From: an uncultured Verrucomicrobiae bacterium
GTDB lineage: Bacteria; Verrucomicrobiota; Verrucomicrobiia; Limisphaerales; UBA11358
DNA: 64,000 nucleotides
NCBI GenBank assembly: GCA_963719075.1
Contig: CAVRAN010000001.1
Location: 320,324 to 384,323 of the forward strand
Direction: 5' to 3'
Positions 1-8,902 of the stretch are shown here, in pieces. The position numbers were made by a program, and so were the translations under genes. Within the stretch, counting starts at the first letter, position 1, and every line of letters begins with the position of its first letter. A model generated the notes under the pieces. It was not told the origin of the DNA. It was given only the letters and a program-made list of their open reading frames with translations, and searched no databases.

Positions 1-329
1 TTGGTTGGAAGCCCATCACCACCATTACCGCCTGTTAGGACACTTACAGCATTCAAAGTGTATCCCAGCGGATTATTCCCCGTGGTAAACGTTTCTCCAG
101 GAGGCTGCGGAGGAATACCATTGCCACCATTTGAATAGTAATTCAAAGTCCCCGGATTTGCCGCAGTGCTAAAATCAATCATAAAAATATCGTTGGTTCC
201 GGGAGATGGATTAGCTCCATCGAGATCGGTCAGGGTTGCGGTTTGCGCGTTGGCGTTGGGCATACTACTAAATAACAAAGCTACCGTGGCAGCCACCGCC
301 AACATCAGTGTTTTCAAGGTTTGTTTCAT
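1..329 (-). CDS. secreted protein, N-terminal part only (gene continues beyond window start)
   Basis: ATG at 329 on the minus strand is followed by a signal-peptide-like MKQTLKTLMLAVAATVALLFSSMPNANA. The frame stays open to position 1; it is absent from the ORF track because there is no stop in the window. It contains PPGETFTTGNNPLGYTLN, a motif shared with the fragment at 1044-1283. Confidence 0.6.
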   Translation of the reverse strand, partial: MKQTLKTLMLAVAATVALLFSSMPNANAQTATLTDLDGANPSPGTNDIFMIDFSTAANPGTLNYYSNGGNGIPPQPPGETFTTGNNPLGYTLNAVSVLTGGNGGDGLPT

Positions 330-569
330 AATTACTTGGGTTGTTTTTCGACGTCTGTTGTTTTCAACCTATTAGTTAATTTGTAATCGGCAAAGATCAT
401 CAAAATTAAAGCGTGCATGACATACAACGCGATGCTTTGCCACTAAATAATAGTTGGAACTTTTAAAAAGTACCACAACATTGCCTATTGTCTTGTCACC
501 AGAAATGGTGATGTTAATAAGAATGGATTGTATCTCTAACAGATGCAAAGACATGAAGAAACTGAATGT

Positions 570-870
570 TTATGCGGTTGGAATGACTCTTTTTGAGGGA
601 CTAATTATTGCGGTGAGAATTGGTGGCTTTTTGTCGCTTGGCCTTCTTCGAGGTTGGGGCGGCGGCGTATTCACCAGCCATTTCATTGCATCCTCGAAAC
701 TGATGCCGTTTAATCGTAAATATATGGCTCTTGCACAACTCGCCGTGTAAAATATCAACCTTCCCAGATGTGATGATCCCGTGACTCAGAAGATTTCGCC
801 TGTATGGTGAGCCGTGAGCAACATATAGCCAAGCAGGACTGTTCTTCTTGCGAGGACTTCGAGATCATGT
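570..870 (-). pseudogene. possible decayed HicA-like toxin remnant (two broken frames)
   Basis: One frame reads ...GSSHLGRLIFYTASCARAIYLRLNGISFEDAMKWL, resembling the HicA GSxH...LRKAILKQLGLS pattern. The adjacent frame ends ...SRDHHIWEG followed by a stop. The region is AT-rich and the identification rests on motif recollection only. Confidence 0.2.
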
Positions 871-1043
871 CGAATACCTCTGGAAGACTTGAGTTCACCG
901 GCAGTATAATTCACGTTCGTGCTTGAGTTAAGAGCCGCCTAACCAGTGCCGCTGTTTTTAAAGACTTAAGCATATGCTGTTGGGTGCCAATGGCACGGTC
1001 AAGCCGCTATTCAACCAATCACCCGAAGCAGTAATGCCATTAT

Positions 1044-1283
1044 TTAAAAGTTGGTATATGCCTGTAGCAACAAGGCCATGCTTGTATTGGTGTTGACGGA
1101 GTAAATATACAAATAATAAATCTGTGGCGCAGCTAAATCAGACGAAGGTGAATCACCAGAGGGAAAATTGCCGCCACCAGTTTGAATTTGCGCGGAATTC
1201 AGAAAGTATCCTTGCGAATTGGCGCCGGTGGTAAAGGTCTGACCCGGGAGAGTCGGTTTGTTGTCAAAGTAATTTATATCATG
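1044..1283 (-). pseudogene. start-less gene fragment paralogous to the N-terminal domain of the secreted protein at 1-329
   Basis: The minus frame reads YFDNKPTLPGQTFTTGANSQGYFLNSAQIQTGGGNFPSG..., which aligns with PPGETFTTGNNPLGYTLNAVSVLTGGNGG of the gene at 1-329. About 65 percent nucleotide identity is visible over roughly 60 nt. There is no in-frame start codon, and it begins right after the terminator hairpin at 1299-1327. Confidence 0.5.
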
Positions 1284-1298
1284 TCCACAAAATCTAAA

Positions 1299-1327
1299 CA
1301 GGGTGCCGGTTGTTCACCGGCACCCTG
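1299..1327 (-). terminator. Rho-independent terminator of the 1360-3774 gene
   Basis: Perfect 12-bp stem CAGGGTGCCGGT / ACCGGCACCCTG with a 5-nt loop. On the minus strand it is followed by TTTAGATTTTG, and it lies 33 nt downstream of the stop. Confidence 0.8.
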
Positions 1328-1359
1328 CATTTGATCTCCCACTTTGCGAGGGGAATTAA

Positions 1360-3774
1360 TTATAGTCTAACGCGGTAGAACATTTGCGGGCCGGTTGTGA
1401 AAACTTGATACGGCGGAGTTGCACCTATCACGTCGTTGTAAGGACCAGTCGCGCTGGTGGCCTGCTGAAGCGTCGCGCCGGGGAGCCAGTTCAAGAGTAC
1501 GCTGCCAGATCCATTGGGAGTGGCCTGAATTGTAAAGCCGACACCAGCTGCGTAAAGGTTTAGAATTTGTTGAGGCGTCAGCGATGTATTAAATACGGCG
1601 ACATCGCTGAACTGTGCGGTAATGGTTCTGCTGGCACCAGCATCTGAATATGGTAAATCATCACGTCCGACTTCTATAACAGAGTCGACCGGATCAACGG
1701 TGGGGGCAAGACCAGTTTCCACATTGCTGTTTAAACTACTGGTATCGGTAGTCAAACTCAATTGGTTGGTGCCGACGTATGCCGTTATCTGATCCGGCTC
1801 CACTACCATGGCTATGAATGTCCACTGATTTGTGGGTATTATCAAGCCAGAGGCAGAATTTTGTCCAGAGGATCCCCAATCCCAACCCAGTTGACCTGCA
1901 GCATCGGCAGTCACCAACCCATAAGCTACGCCATAATCCGGTTCTTGTTCGACAATCAACCCGCTACCTGCACCTGGATAGTTTGCGCCCGGAAATTCAA
2001 CCCAGCCAACAATCGTCACAGTGTTTGTCCAAACTAGTGGCGCGGGCAAATTCAGCTGACTTGCTGGCAGCGCGTTGCCGTTGGTGTCAAGGCCGCCAAT
2101 GGGTGACAGCGAGGCCTGATTGGCCGAAAAACCTGCCAACGCCGGACCCGGCACACCGAAGATGTAATTTGTGCCATCAGGAGCACTGCCATCGTTGCCA
2201 GTGTAATAATCGTGGAGAACCGGTCCGTTGGTTTCACTCAACTGCCAATAACCGAAAGGCTGATCAGCGACCACCGCCGCGTCAAAACCGGTAGGAACAA
2301 TGACCGTGAACAGATTAGTCGAGCTGTTGGTTGAGCCATAGGTATTCGAAACATGGAGGTAGTAATTACCCGCGTTGGTGCTTACAATGTTGTTAAGAAC
2401 CAAGCTTAAGTTAGTGGCTCCGGTCAAACTCGCGTTATTCTGGAACCATTGATAGCTTAAGGGCGGTGTGCCCTGAACCTGCGGGGTCAAAGTAATGCTT
2501 CCGCTGCTAAAACGGGCTGTTGGCAATTGAGGTTGCACGGTAAAACTGGGAGGAGAAACTGGAGTGATTGTCACATTCAGCACTGCACTTGTGGATACGC
2601 CGAAAGCATTGCTCAAGACCATGGCATAGCCTCCCGAATTAGTCGTCGCAGGATTGGCAACAGTATAGCTCTTATTTGTGGCATTGAGAATGTTAGTGCC
2701 GTTCACCTGCCATTGATAAGTAGGTGTAGCCCCGGCTGCCGTTAAAACTATGTTGGTTAATGTTACCGTCGTACCGGCGGGAACCGTATTTGAAGGGGAA
2801 GCTGTCGGCTGAAACGACTCCATCCCCACGATTTCAGGCCAACTTGTAGCTACGCGCATAGCACCCTGTTCAAAATATGGATAGCTTGCACCCTCGGAAT
2901 TCATAAAGACAAAAAGATACTTCATGATGTTGGTTTCAGTGAAGCTGTAAGTGGCATCCCAAACTACGGGCTCATTTGTATCCAACGTCGGATTGGTGAA
3001 AGGAGAATAATCTTTGATTTGAATCGTGGTAGCGCCGCCAAAGGTTGTGGTGATTTTGCCGACCAGCAGCGATTGTCCTGAGTTTAAATTTATATCGCCG
3101 TAAGCTTTTATTGCATAGAGTCCCTGTGCTTCCGGCAGGGTTGTATTGGTGTCGGATGGATCACCGAAACTTCCCTGGCAGACGTAAGTAGAATTGCCTA
3201 TATCCAACCCTGAATCCAACTGCGGATAGCTTTCCCAGATGATACCGCACCCTACAAACCTGTCTGTCAGGTTCGTGCCCGTACCAAAAGCCATGCCGCC
3301 TGCGGAATTGCCTGAATCATTGGCGTCAAGACTGAAATAATAGACTCCGTTGGAATTAAAATTGATCCAGGCGTTTGTGGCCAGTAATCTCGAGGCCCAA
3401 TTACTGGAACTATTTACCGGAATAGTCTGGTCCACACCCCAAAAGACATCACTCCATAAACCACCCTGACTGCTGGCTTTCGTCGGCAAACCAATGCCGG
3501 GATTATCATCAAAATTTATGTCACATTGAATAAGACCATTTGTAGGAACCGGCGTATACCACACTGAGCCGGGCTGAAATCCAAACGAGGTTGAACCGTT
3601 TCCGAAACCATTTATGGTGGTGGAAACAGAAGGCGGGCTTCCAGCGGTGCCAACTTCGGATTTTCCAATCTTATCCCACAATTCACGGACAGTTTCAATG
3701 GCGTAGGATGAAGAAACACCGAATAGCAATATTGAGGTCAAACCAATAAGAAGCTTCTTTTTCATAAAAAACAA
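1360..3774 (-). CDS. large secreted protein with Ig-like repeats and a C-terminal LamG/concanavalin-like domain
   Basis: 804-aa ORF with signal peptide MKKKLLIGLTSILLFGVSSSYA. It has two tandem Ig-like modules (YQWQVNGTNI...GGYAMVLSNAFG and YQWFQNNASL...GNYYLHVSNTYG) and a LamG-like tail (NQWTFIAMVV...LTPQQILNLYAAG). Confidence 0.8.
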   Translation of the reverse strand: MFFMKKKLLIGLTSILLFGVSSSYAIETVRELWDKIGKSEVGTAGSPPSVSTTINGFGNGSTSFGFQPGSVWYTPVPTNGLIQCDINFDDNPGIGLPTKASSQGGLWSDVFWGVDQTIPVNSSSNWASRLLATNAWINFNSNGVYYFSLDANDSGNSAGGMAFGTGTNLTDRFVGCGIIWESYPQLDSGLDIGNSTYVCQGSFGDPSDTNTTLPEAQGLYAIKAYGDINLNSGQSLLVGKITTTFGGATTIQIKDYSPFTNPTLDTNEPVVWDATYSFTETNIMKYLFVFMNSEGASYPYFEQGAMRVATSWPEIVGMESFQPTASPSNTVPAGTTVTLTNIVLTAAGATPTYQWQVNGTNILNATNKSYTVANPATTNSGGYAMVLSNAFGVSTSAVLNVTITPVSPPSFTVQPQLPTARFSSGSITLTPQVQGTPPLSYQWFQNNASLTGATNLSLVLNNIVSTNAGNYYLHVSNTYGSTNSSTNLFTVIVPTGFDAAVVADQPFGYWQLSETNGPVLHDYYTGNDGSAPDGTNYIFGVPGPALAGFSANQASLSPIGGLDTNGNALPASQLNLPAPLVWTNTVTIVGWVEFPGANYPGAGSGLIVEQEPDYGVAYGLVTADAAGQLGWDWGSSGQNSASGLIIPTNQWTFIAMVVEPDQITAYVGTNQLSLTTDTSSLNSNVETGLAPTVDPVDSVIEVGRDDLPYSDAGASRTITAQFSDVAVFNTSLTPQQILNLYAAGVGFTIQATPNGSGSVLLNWLPGATLQQATSATGPYNDVIGATPPYQVFTTGPQMFYRVRL

Positions 3775-3973
3775 TTCCGACTATAATACAACACATTCTG
3801 AATGGGAGCTTGTTCAGAGAGTATAACAAATGCTGAAAATAAATGCAAGCAAAAAATCGTCGGCAAAAGCCGACAAACTGACCCGCTACCGTCAAGGGGA
3901 TAATTCCGAAAATAATCACAACACACTGGTTCACGCGCTTGAGCAGGCGTTAATCTTCCTTTAACTTGCGCGT

Positions 3974-4957
3974 ATGAAATACCGTGAACTTGGGCGGACG
4001 GGCTGGAAAGTTTCGGAAATCAGTTTCGGCGCGTGGGCCATTGGCGGTTCGTGGGGCAATGTCGAGGACAAGGATTCGCTCGCTGCGCTCCATGCCGCGC
4101 TTGACGGCGGTGTAAATTTCTTCGACACGGCGGATGTTTACGGTGACGGTCGCAGCGAACGGCTGCTGGCGAAATTGCGCAAGGAGCGGAAAGAAAAATT
4201 TTATATTGCATCGAAAGCGGGACGCCGTTTACCGAAACAAACGCCGGCAGGTTATGACCGCACGAACCTGACGGCGTTTGTCGAGCGCAGTTTGCGGAAT
4301 CTGGACACGGATGCGATTGATTTGCTGCAGCTGCATTGTCCGCCAACCGGGGTCTATTACATGCCGGAAGTGTTTGGAATCCTCGATGATTTGGTGAAGG
4401 CCGGCAAGCTTCGCCATTACGGCGTGAGCGTGGAAAAAGTCGAGGAAGCGTTGAAAGCGATTGAATTTCCCGGCGTGCAATCGGTGCAGATTATTTTCAA
4501 TATTTTCCGCCAGCGGCCGGCGGAATTATTTTTTAACGAGGCGCAAAAGCGCAAAGTTGGAATTCTTGCGCGCGTGCCGCTGGCTTCGGGAATGTTGTCG
4601 GGCAAGATCACGCACGAAAGTATTTTTACCAAAGACGATCATCGCGCGTTTAATCGTCACGGCGAGGCGTTTGATCGCGGCGAAACTTTTTCGGGCGTGG
4701 ATTTCGAGATCGGATTGCGCGCAGTTGAAGAATTTAGAGTGTTCGTTCCCAAAGGCGCGACGCTTGTGCAACTGGCCTTGCGCTGGATTCTAGAATTTCC
4801 CGCCATCACGTGCGCAATTCCCGGTGCGAAACGTCCGGCGCAGGTCGCGGAAAACATCGCGGCATCAGGCTTGAAGCCTTTGCCAAAGGCGACGATGAAA
4901 AAAATCCGCGCGATTTACGACGCGGAGATCAAGCCATTGGTGCATCATTACTGGTGA
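3974..4957 (+). CDS. aldo/keto reductase family oxidoreductase
   Basis: MKYRELGRTGWKVSEISFGAWAIGG...GVNFFDTADVYGDGRSE is a typical AKR N-terminus and active-site region. 327 aa. Confidence 0.9.
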   Translation: MKYRELGRTGWKVSEISFGAWAIGGSWGNVEDKDSLAALHAALDGGVNFFDTADVYGDGRSERLLAKLRKERKEKFYIASKAGRRLPKQTPAGYDRTNLTAFVERSLRNLDTDAIDLLQLHCPPTGVYYMPEVFGILDDLVKAGKLRHYGVSVEKVEEALKAIEFPGVQSVQIIFNIFRQRPAELFFNEAQKRKVGILARVPLASGMLSGKITHESIFTKDDHRAFNRHGEAFDRGETFSGVDFEIGLRAVEEFRVFVPKGATLVQLALRWILEFPAITCAIPGAKRPAQVAENIAASGLKPLPKATMKKIRAIYDAEIKPLVHHYW

Positions 4958-5007
4958 TGCGCAATCGCCTTGCCCGTTCGTAGAAATTGCGTTAGTTTTG
5001 GCACGTT

Positions 5008-6147
5008 ATGGAAACAAATTTTTCTTCCGGGGCAGTTCCGCCGCCATTGACGCCGCCGCCGGTCATCGTGCCACCGCCATCGTCCAAACCCCGACGTGGC
5101 CGTGGTTGGATGATTGCCGCGATTATTTTGCTGGTGCTGCTCATCTTCAGCGTGTTTGGAAATTTTACGCAGTTCATCTCGCACGCGATCAGTTTTAACA
5201 ATGCTTTCAAGAGCGGCATTTCACGCGATGCCGGTCCGCGGCTCGATGAATATCTGTTGGAGGATAACGGCGCACACAGCAAAATTGCCGTCATCACCGT
5301 TGACGGCATCATCACGGGTCACACCGCCGATCAAACGGGCAACAGCATCGTGGACGTGATTCAGGCGCAACTTGACCGCGCAAAGGATGACAGCCGCGTC
5401 AAGGCCGTGATCCTCAAAGTGGATTCTCCCGGCGGAGAAGTAATGGCGTCGGATGAAATTTACCGTGCCATCAAAAAATTTCAGGACGATTCGGGCAAAC
5501 CGGTAATTTGCTCGATGGGCAGTTTGGCGGCATCGGGCGGCTATTACATTTCATCGCCATGCCGTTGGATTGTGGCGAACGATTTGACCATCACCGGCAG
5601 CATTGGCGTCATCATGGAAAGCATCAATTATCGCGGCCTGATGGATAAAATCGGCGTGGAACCCAACGTCTATAAAAGCGGCAAATTCAAGGACATGTTG
5701 AGCGGCATGCGCGAGACAAATGAAATTCCGCCTGAAGAACACGCCATGGTGCAGGGTTTGATTGATGAGACGTATCAAAAATTCAAAAGCGTTGTTGCGG
5801 AAGGCCGCAGTGCCGCTCACGAAAAAAATAAAAGCGAAGGCCGCCCGCTTGCGGACGACTGGGCAAATTACGCGGATGGCCGCGTCGTTTCCGGCACGCA
5901 GGCATTGCAACTGGGTTTCGTGGACGAGCTGGGCGATTTTCAGGATGCGGTTGACCGCGCGGAAAAAATCGCCGGCATCAATGACGCGAATCTGATTGAA
6001 TACCGCGAGCGTTACGACATTTCGGATTTTCTTTCCATGTTCGGCCAAAGCAGTTCCGCCAAAAACATCAAGCTTGACCTCGGCGTGGACCTGCCAAAAC
6101 TGCAGGCGGGCTATCTTTATTTCCTGTCGCCCACTTATGTGAACTGA
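5008..6147 (+). CDS. sppA: signal peptide peptidase SppA (36K type)
   Basis: N-terminal TM segment, then VILKVDSPGGEV...GSLAASGGYYISSPC...ITGSIGVI, the ClpP/SppA serine peptidase motifs. Confidence 0.85.
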   Translation: METNFSSGAVPPPLTPPPVIVPPPSSKPRRGRGWMIAAIILLVLLIFSVFGNFTQFISHAISFNNAFKSGISRDAGPRLDEYLLEDNGAHSKIAVITVDGIITGHTADQTGNSIVDVIQAQLDRAKDDSRVKAVILKVDSPGGEVMASDEIYRAIKKFQDDSGKPVICSMGSLAASGGYYISSPCRWIVANDLTITGSIGVIMESINYRGLMDKIGVEPNVYKSGKFKDMLSGMRETNEIPPEEHAMVQGLIDETYQKFKSVVAEGRSAAHEKNKSEGRPLADDWANYADGRVVSGTQALQLGFVDELGDFQDAVDRAEKIAGINDANLIEYRERYDISDFLSMFGQSSSAKNIKLDLGVDLPKLQAGYLYFLSPTYVN

Positions 6148-6173
6148 CGTGAAAACGTTTGTTCAGCACCTGA

Positions 6174-7679
6174 TTAAAATTCCTTTCGAGGAAACAACGG
6201 CGCAGGTTCACCAATTTTGTGGCCGGATTCCAATTTTCCCCAGGCAGCTTCGGAAAATTTATCCGGCGCGGCGTTCAAGCCAAGCTGCGCATAAATTTTC
6301 ACCGCCGTTCCCGGCAAAAACGGCCAGAGCAAAACGGCCAGCACGCGGCACGTCTCGGCGAGATTATACAAAACTTCGTCGAGCCGCTTCGCCTGCGCCG
6401 GGTCTTTCGCCAATTTGAACGGCGCGGTCTGGTCCACATATTGGTTCGCGCGCGCGACGAGTCCCCAGATGCTTTGCAGCGCGGCTTGCAACTGGTTTTG
6501 TTTTAGCAACGCGCGCGTTTCGTCCGCCGCTTTTGCGGCGTCGGCGGAAAGTTCATTCGACGGCGGCGGGACAATTCCGTTGCGATAACGTTTCAACATC
6601 GAGAGCGAGCGGTTCACCAGATTTCCCAAACCGTTGGCGAGTTCGGCTTGATAACGTGATTTGAAACCGGCTTCAGTCCAGTTTCCGTCCGGGCCGATGT
6701 CGAGTTCGCGCAAAACATAAAAACGAAATGCGTCCACGCCCCATTCGTTGATGATGGCGACCGGATCAACTACATTGCCGGTGCTTTTGCTTATCCGCGC
6801 ACCGTCTTTCTGCCAAAAACCGTGGACTAAAATTTGTTTCGGCAGCGGCAGGCCCATCGCCTTGAGCATGATCGGCCAATAGACGGCGTGGAATTTCAAG
6901 ATGTCCTTGCCGATGACATGAATGTCTGCGGGCCAGAGTTCAAGTGATGAATGCGCGGCGGGTATCGAAATATAATTTACCAGCGCGTCGAACCAGACGT
7001 AGGTGACAAAGTTCGTGTCGAATGGAATCGGAATCCCCCAGTTCAAGCGCGAAACCGGACGTGAGATGCACAAATCTTCCAGCGTGTTATTTTTAAGGAA
7101 ACCGAGGACTTCGTTGCGCCGATAATCGGGCTGGACAAACGACGGATTTTTTTCGATGAAACCGATCAGCCATTGCTGCTGCTCGCGCAGCTTGAAATAA
7201 TAATTTTCTTCCTTCAACTCGAGCACTTCACCATAGCCTGGATCGAATGTGCCATCGGGCCGGCGGTCTTTTTCGGTGAGAAAAGTTTCTTCCTTCGCGG
7301 AATAAAATCCCTTGTAACTTGCCTTGTAGAAATGTCCGGCGGCGTTGAGCTTGGACAAAATCGCCTGCACGAATTCCTTGTGGCGCGGGTCGGTCGTGCG
7401 GACAAAATCGTCAATGGTCAGTTCCAGTTTCTTCGCGAACGCTTTCCAATCCGCCGCCAGTTGGTCGCAGTAAACTTGCGGACTTTCGCCCTCGGCGATC
7501 GCGGCCTGCTGCACTTTCTGGCCGTGTTCATCGAGGCCGGTCAGAAAAAAAACTTCCTGTCCCAAACAGCGGCGCGACCGCGCAATCACGTCGGCCACGA
7601 TCTTCTCGTACGCATGGCCGAGATGCGGCTGGCCGTTCACGTAATCAATCGCCGTTGTGATGTAAAACCGTTTGCTCAT
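6174..7679 (-). CDS. metG: methionine--tRNA ligase
   Basis: FYITTAIDYVNGQPHLGHAYE (HIGH-type motif) and KISKSTGNVV (KMSKS motif). 501 aa. Confidence 0.95.
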   Translation of the reverse strand: MSKRFYITTAIDYVNGQPHLGHAYEKIVADVIARSRRCLGQEVFFLTGLDEHGQKVQQAAIAEGESPQVYCDQLAADWKAFAKKLELTIDDFVRTTDPRHKEFVQAILSKLNAAGHFYKASYKGFYSAKEETFLTEKDRRPDGTFDPGYGEVLELKEENYYFKLREQQQWLIGFIEKNPSFVQPDYRRNEVLGFLKNNTLEDLCISRPVSRLNWGIPIPFDTNFVTYVWFDALVNYISIPAAHSSLELWPADIHVIGKDILKFHAVYWPIMLKAMGLPLPKQILVHGFWQKDGARISKSTGNVVDPVAIINEWGVDAFRFYVLRELDIGPDGNWTEAGFKSRYQAELANGLGNLVNRSLSMLKRYRNGIVPPPSNELSADAAKAADETRALLKQNQLQAALQSIWGLVARANQYVDQTAPFKLAKDPAQAKRLDEVLYNLAETCRVLAVLLWPFLPGTAVKIYAQLGLNAAPDKFSEAAWGKLESGHKIGEPAPLFPRKEF

Positions 7680-7798
7680 TGTTGAATCGCCAGTGTGGCG
7701 CAGTAATGCAGTGTTTGCAATCTCACTTGCAGCAAAATCATCTTATGTTATCATGCCTTTCGGCTGTCGCGGAAAACCAGCCGGCAAACAAACACCGC

Positions 7799-8902
7799 AT
7801 GACATCCGAACTTTCAAATTTCGCCGCGCGATTGCGCGAATCTATTCATTCAGGTTTTCAGGACGAATGCTTTGATGTGCTCTCGCTCGAACTTTTTGGA
7901 CTTCAGTTCAAACACAATTCCGCCTACAGGAAAATCTGCGAAGCACGCGGGCGGACACCGAAAGTTGTCGAGCATTGGACGCAGATTCCCGCCGTGCCGA
8001 CGGCGGCGTTTAAAGAACTTGAGCTGACGTGCCTCGCACAAAACGAGCGCACCGCAGTCTTTTATTCCAGTGGCACAACAGAACAAAAGCCGAGCCGCCA
8101 TTTTCACAACGCCGAATCGTTGGCCGTTTATGAAACGTCACTCTGGAAATGGTTCGAGCAAAATGTTTTTGCCAATTTAAAATTTAAAATTCAAAATTCA
8201 AAATTGCTTGTTTTGACGCCGCCGCCCGCACAAGCGCCGTATTCGTCCCTCGTCCATATGTTTGAAGTTGTCCGGTGTGAGCTTGGTTTTAACGAGTCGG
8301 TTTTCGTCGGTAAAATTGGTGGCGACAATTCATGGATTTTGGATTTCAACCGCGCGCTGAAAATAATGCGTGAATCGGTTGAACAAAACCGTCCGCTTAT
8401 TTTGCTCGGCACGGCGTTCTCATTTGTTCACTTGCTCGATTTTCTCAGCGAACAAAATTTGTCTTTCCAGCTTCCGCCCGGTTCGCACGCGATGGAAACC
8501 GGCGGCTACAAAAATCGTTCACGCAGTTTGCCAAAAAATGAATTGCACGCGCTCATCACGCAACGGCTCGGCGTTTCGCCAGACAAAATAATCTGCGAAT
8601 ACGGCATGAGCGAGTTGAGTTCACAAGCGTATGATTCCGAAATCCAGAATCTAGAATTCAGAATCCAGAATCGCGTTTTCCAATTTCCGCCGTGGGCGCG
8701 AATGCAAATCATTTCGCCGGAAACAAATTGCGAGGTTCGCGACGGCGAAACCGGTTTGATCCGCGTGTTCGATCTGGCGAATGTCTTTTCCGTCATGGCG
8801 GTTCAAACGGAAGATTTGGGCATCCGGCGCGGCGACGGGTTTGAATTGATTGGCCGTGCGCAACTGGCCGAAACGCGCGGCTGTTCGCTGATGACTGCAT
8901 GA
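7799..8902 (+). CDS. LuxE-like acyl-protein synthetase / adenylate-forming enzyme
   Basis: VFYSSGTTEQKPSRHFH and METGGYK motifs, upstream of and overlapping a LuxC-like gene. The ORF track start at 7679 abuts the metG start, so the ATG at 7799 (MTSELSNFAARL) is more plausible. Confidence 0.7.
   Translation: MTSELSNFAARLRESIHSGFQDECFDVLSLELFGLQFKHNSAYRKICEARGRTPKVVEHWTQIPAVPTAAFKELELTCLAQNERTAVFYSSGTTEQKPSRHFHNAESLAVYETSLWKWFEQNVFANLKFKIQNSKLLVLTPPPAQAPYSSLVHMFEVVRCELGFNESVFVGKIGGDNSWILDFNRALKIMRESVEQNRPLILLGTAFSFVHLLDFLSEQNLSFQLPPGSHAMETGGYKNRSRSLPKNELHALITQRLGVSPDKIICEYGMSELSSQAYDSEIQNLEFRIQNRVFQFPPWARMQIISPETNCEVRDGETGLIRVFDLANVFSVMAVQTEDLGIRRGDGFELIGRAQLAETRGCSLMTA
8175..8205. repeat. AT-rich AAATTCAAAATT-type repeat inside the LuxE-like CDS
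   Basis: AATTTAAAATTTAAAATTCAAAATTCAAAATT is translated in frame as NLKFKIQNSKL. Confidence 0.6.
8637..8672. repeat. GC-shifted variant of the same short repeat inside the LuxE-like CDS
   Basis: CCGAAATCCAGAATCTAGAATTCAGAATCCAGAATC is translated as SEIQNLEFRIQN. Confidence 0.5.

Noticed and set aside
166-375. 69-aa plus-strand ORF at the window start.
   Set aside because: It is antisense to the signal-peptide-bearing partial gene at 1-329.
7679-7798. Upstream extension of the LuxE-like gene to 7679, and the similar extension of rnhC to 16148.
   Set aside because: The extensions would abut or overlap the divergent metG and marR starts and consume the promoter regions. Internal starts give proteins of normal family length.
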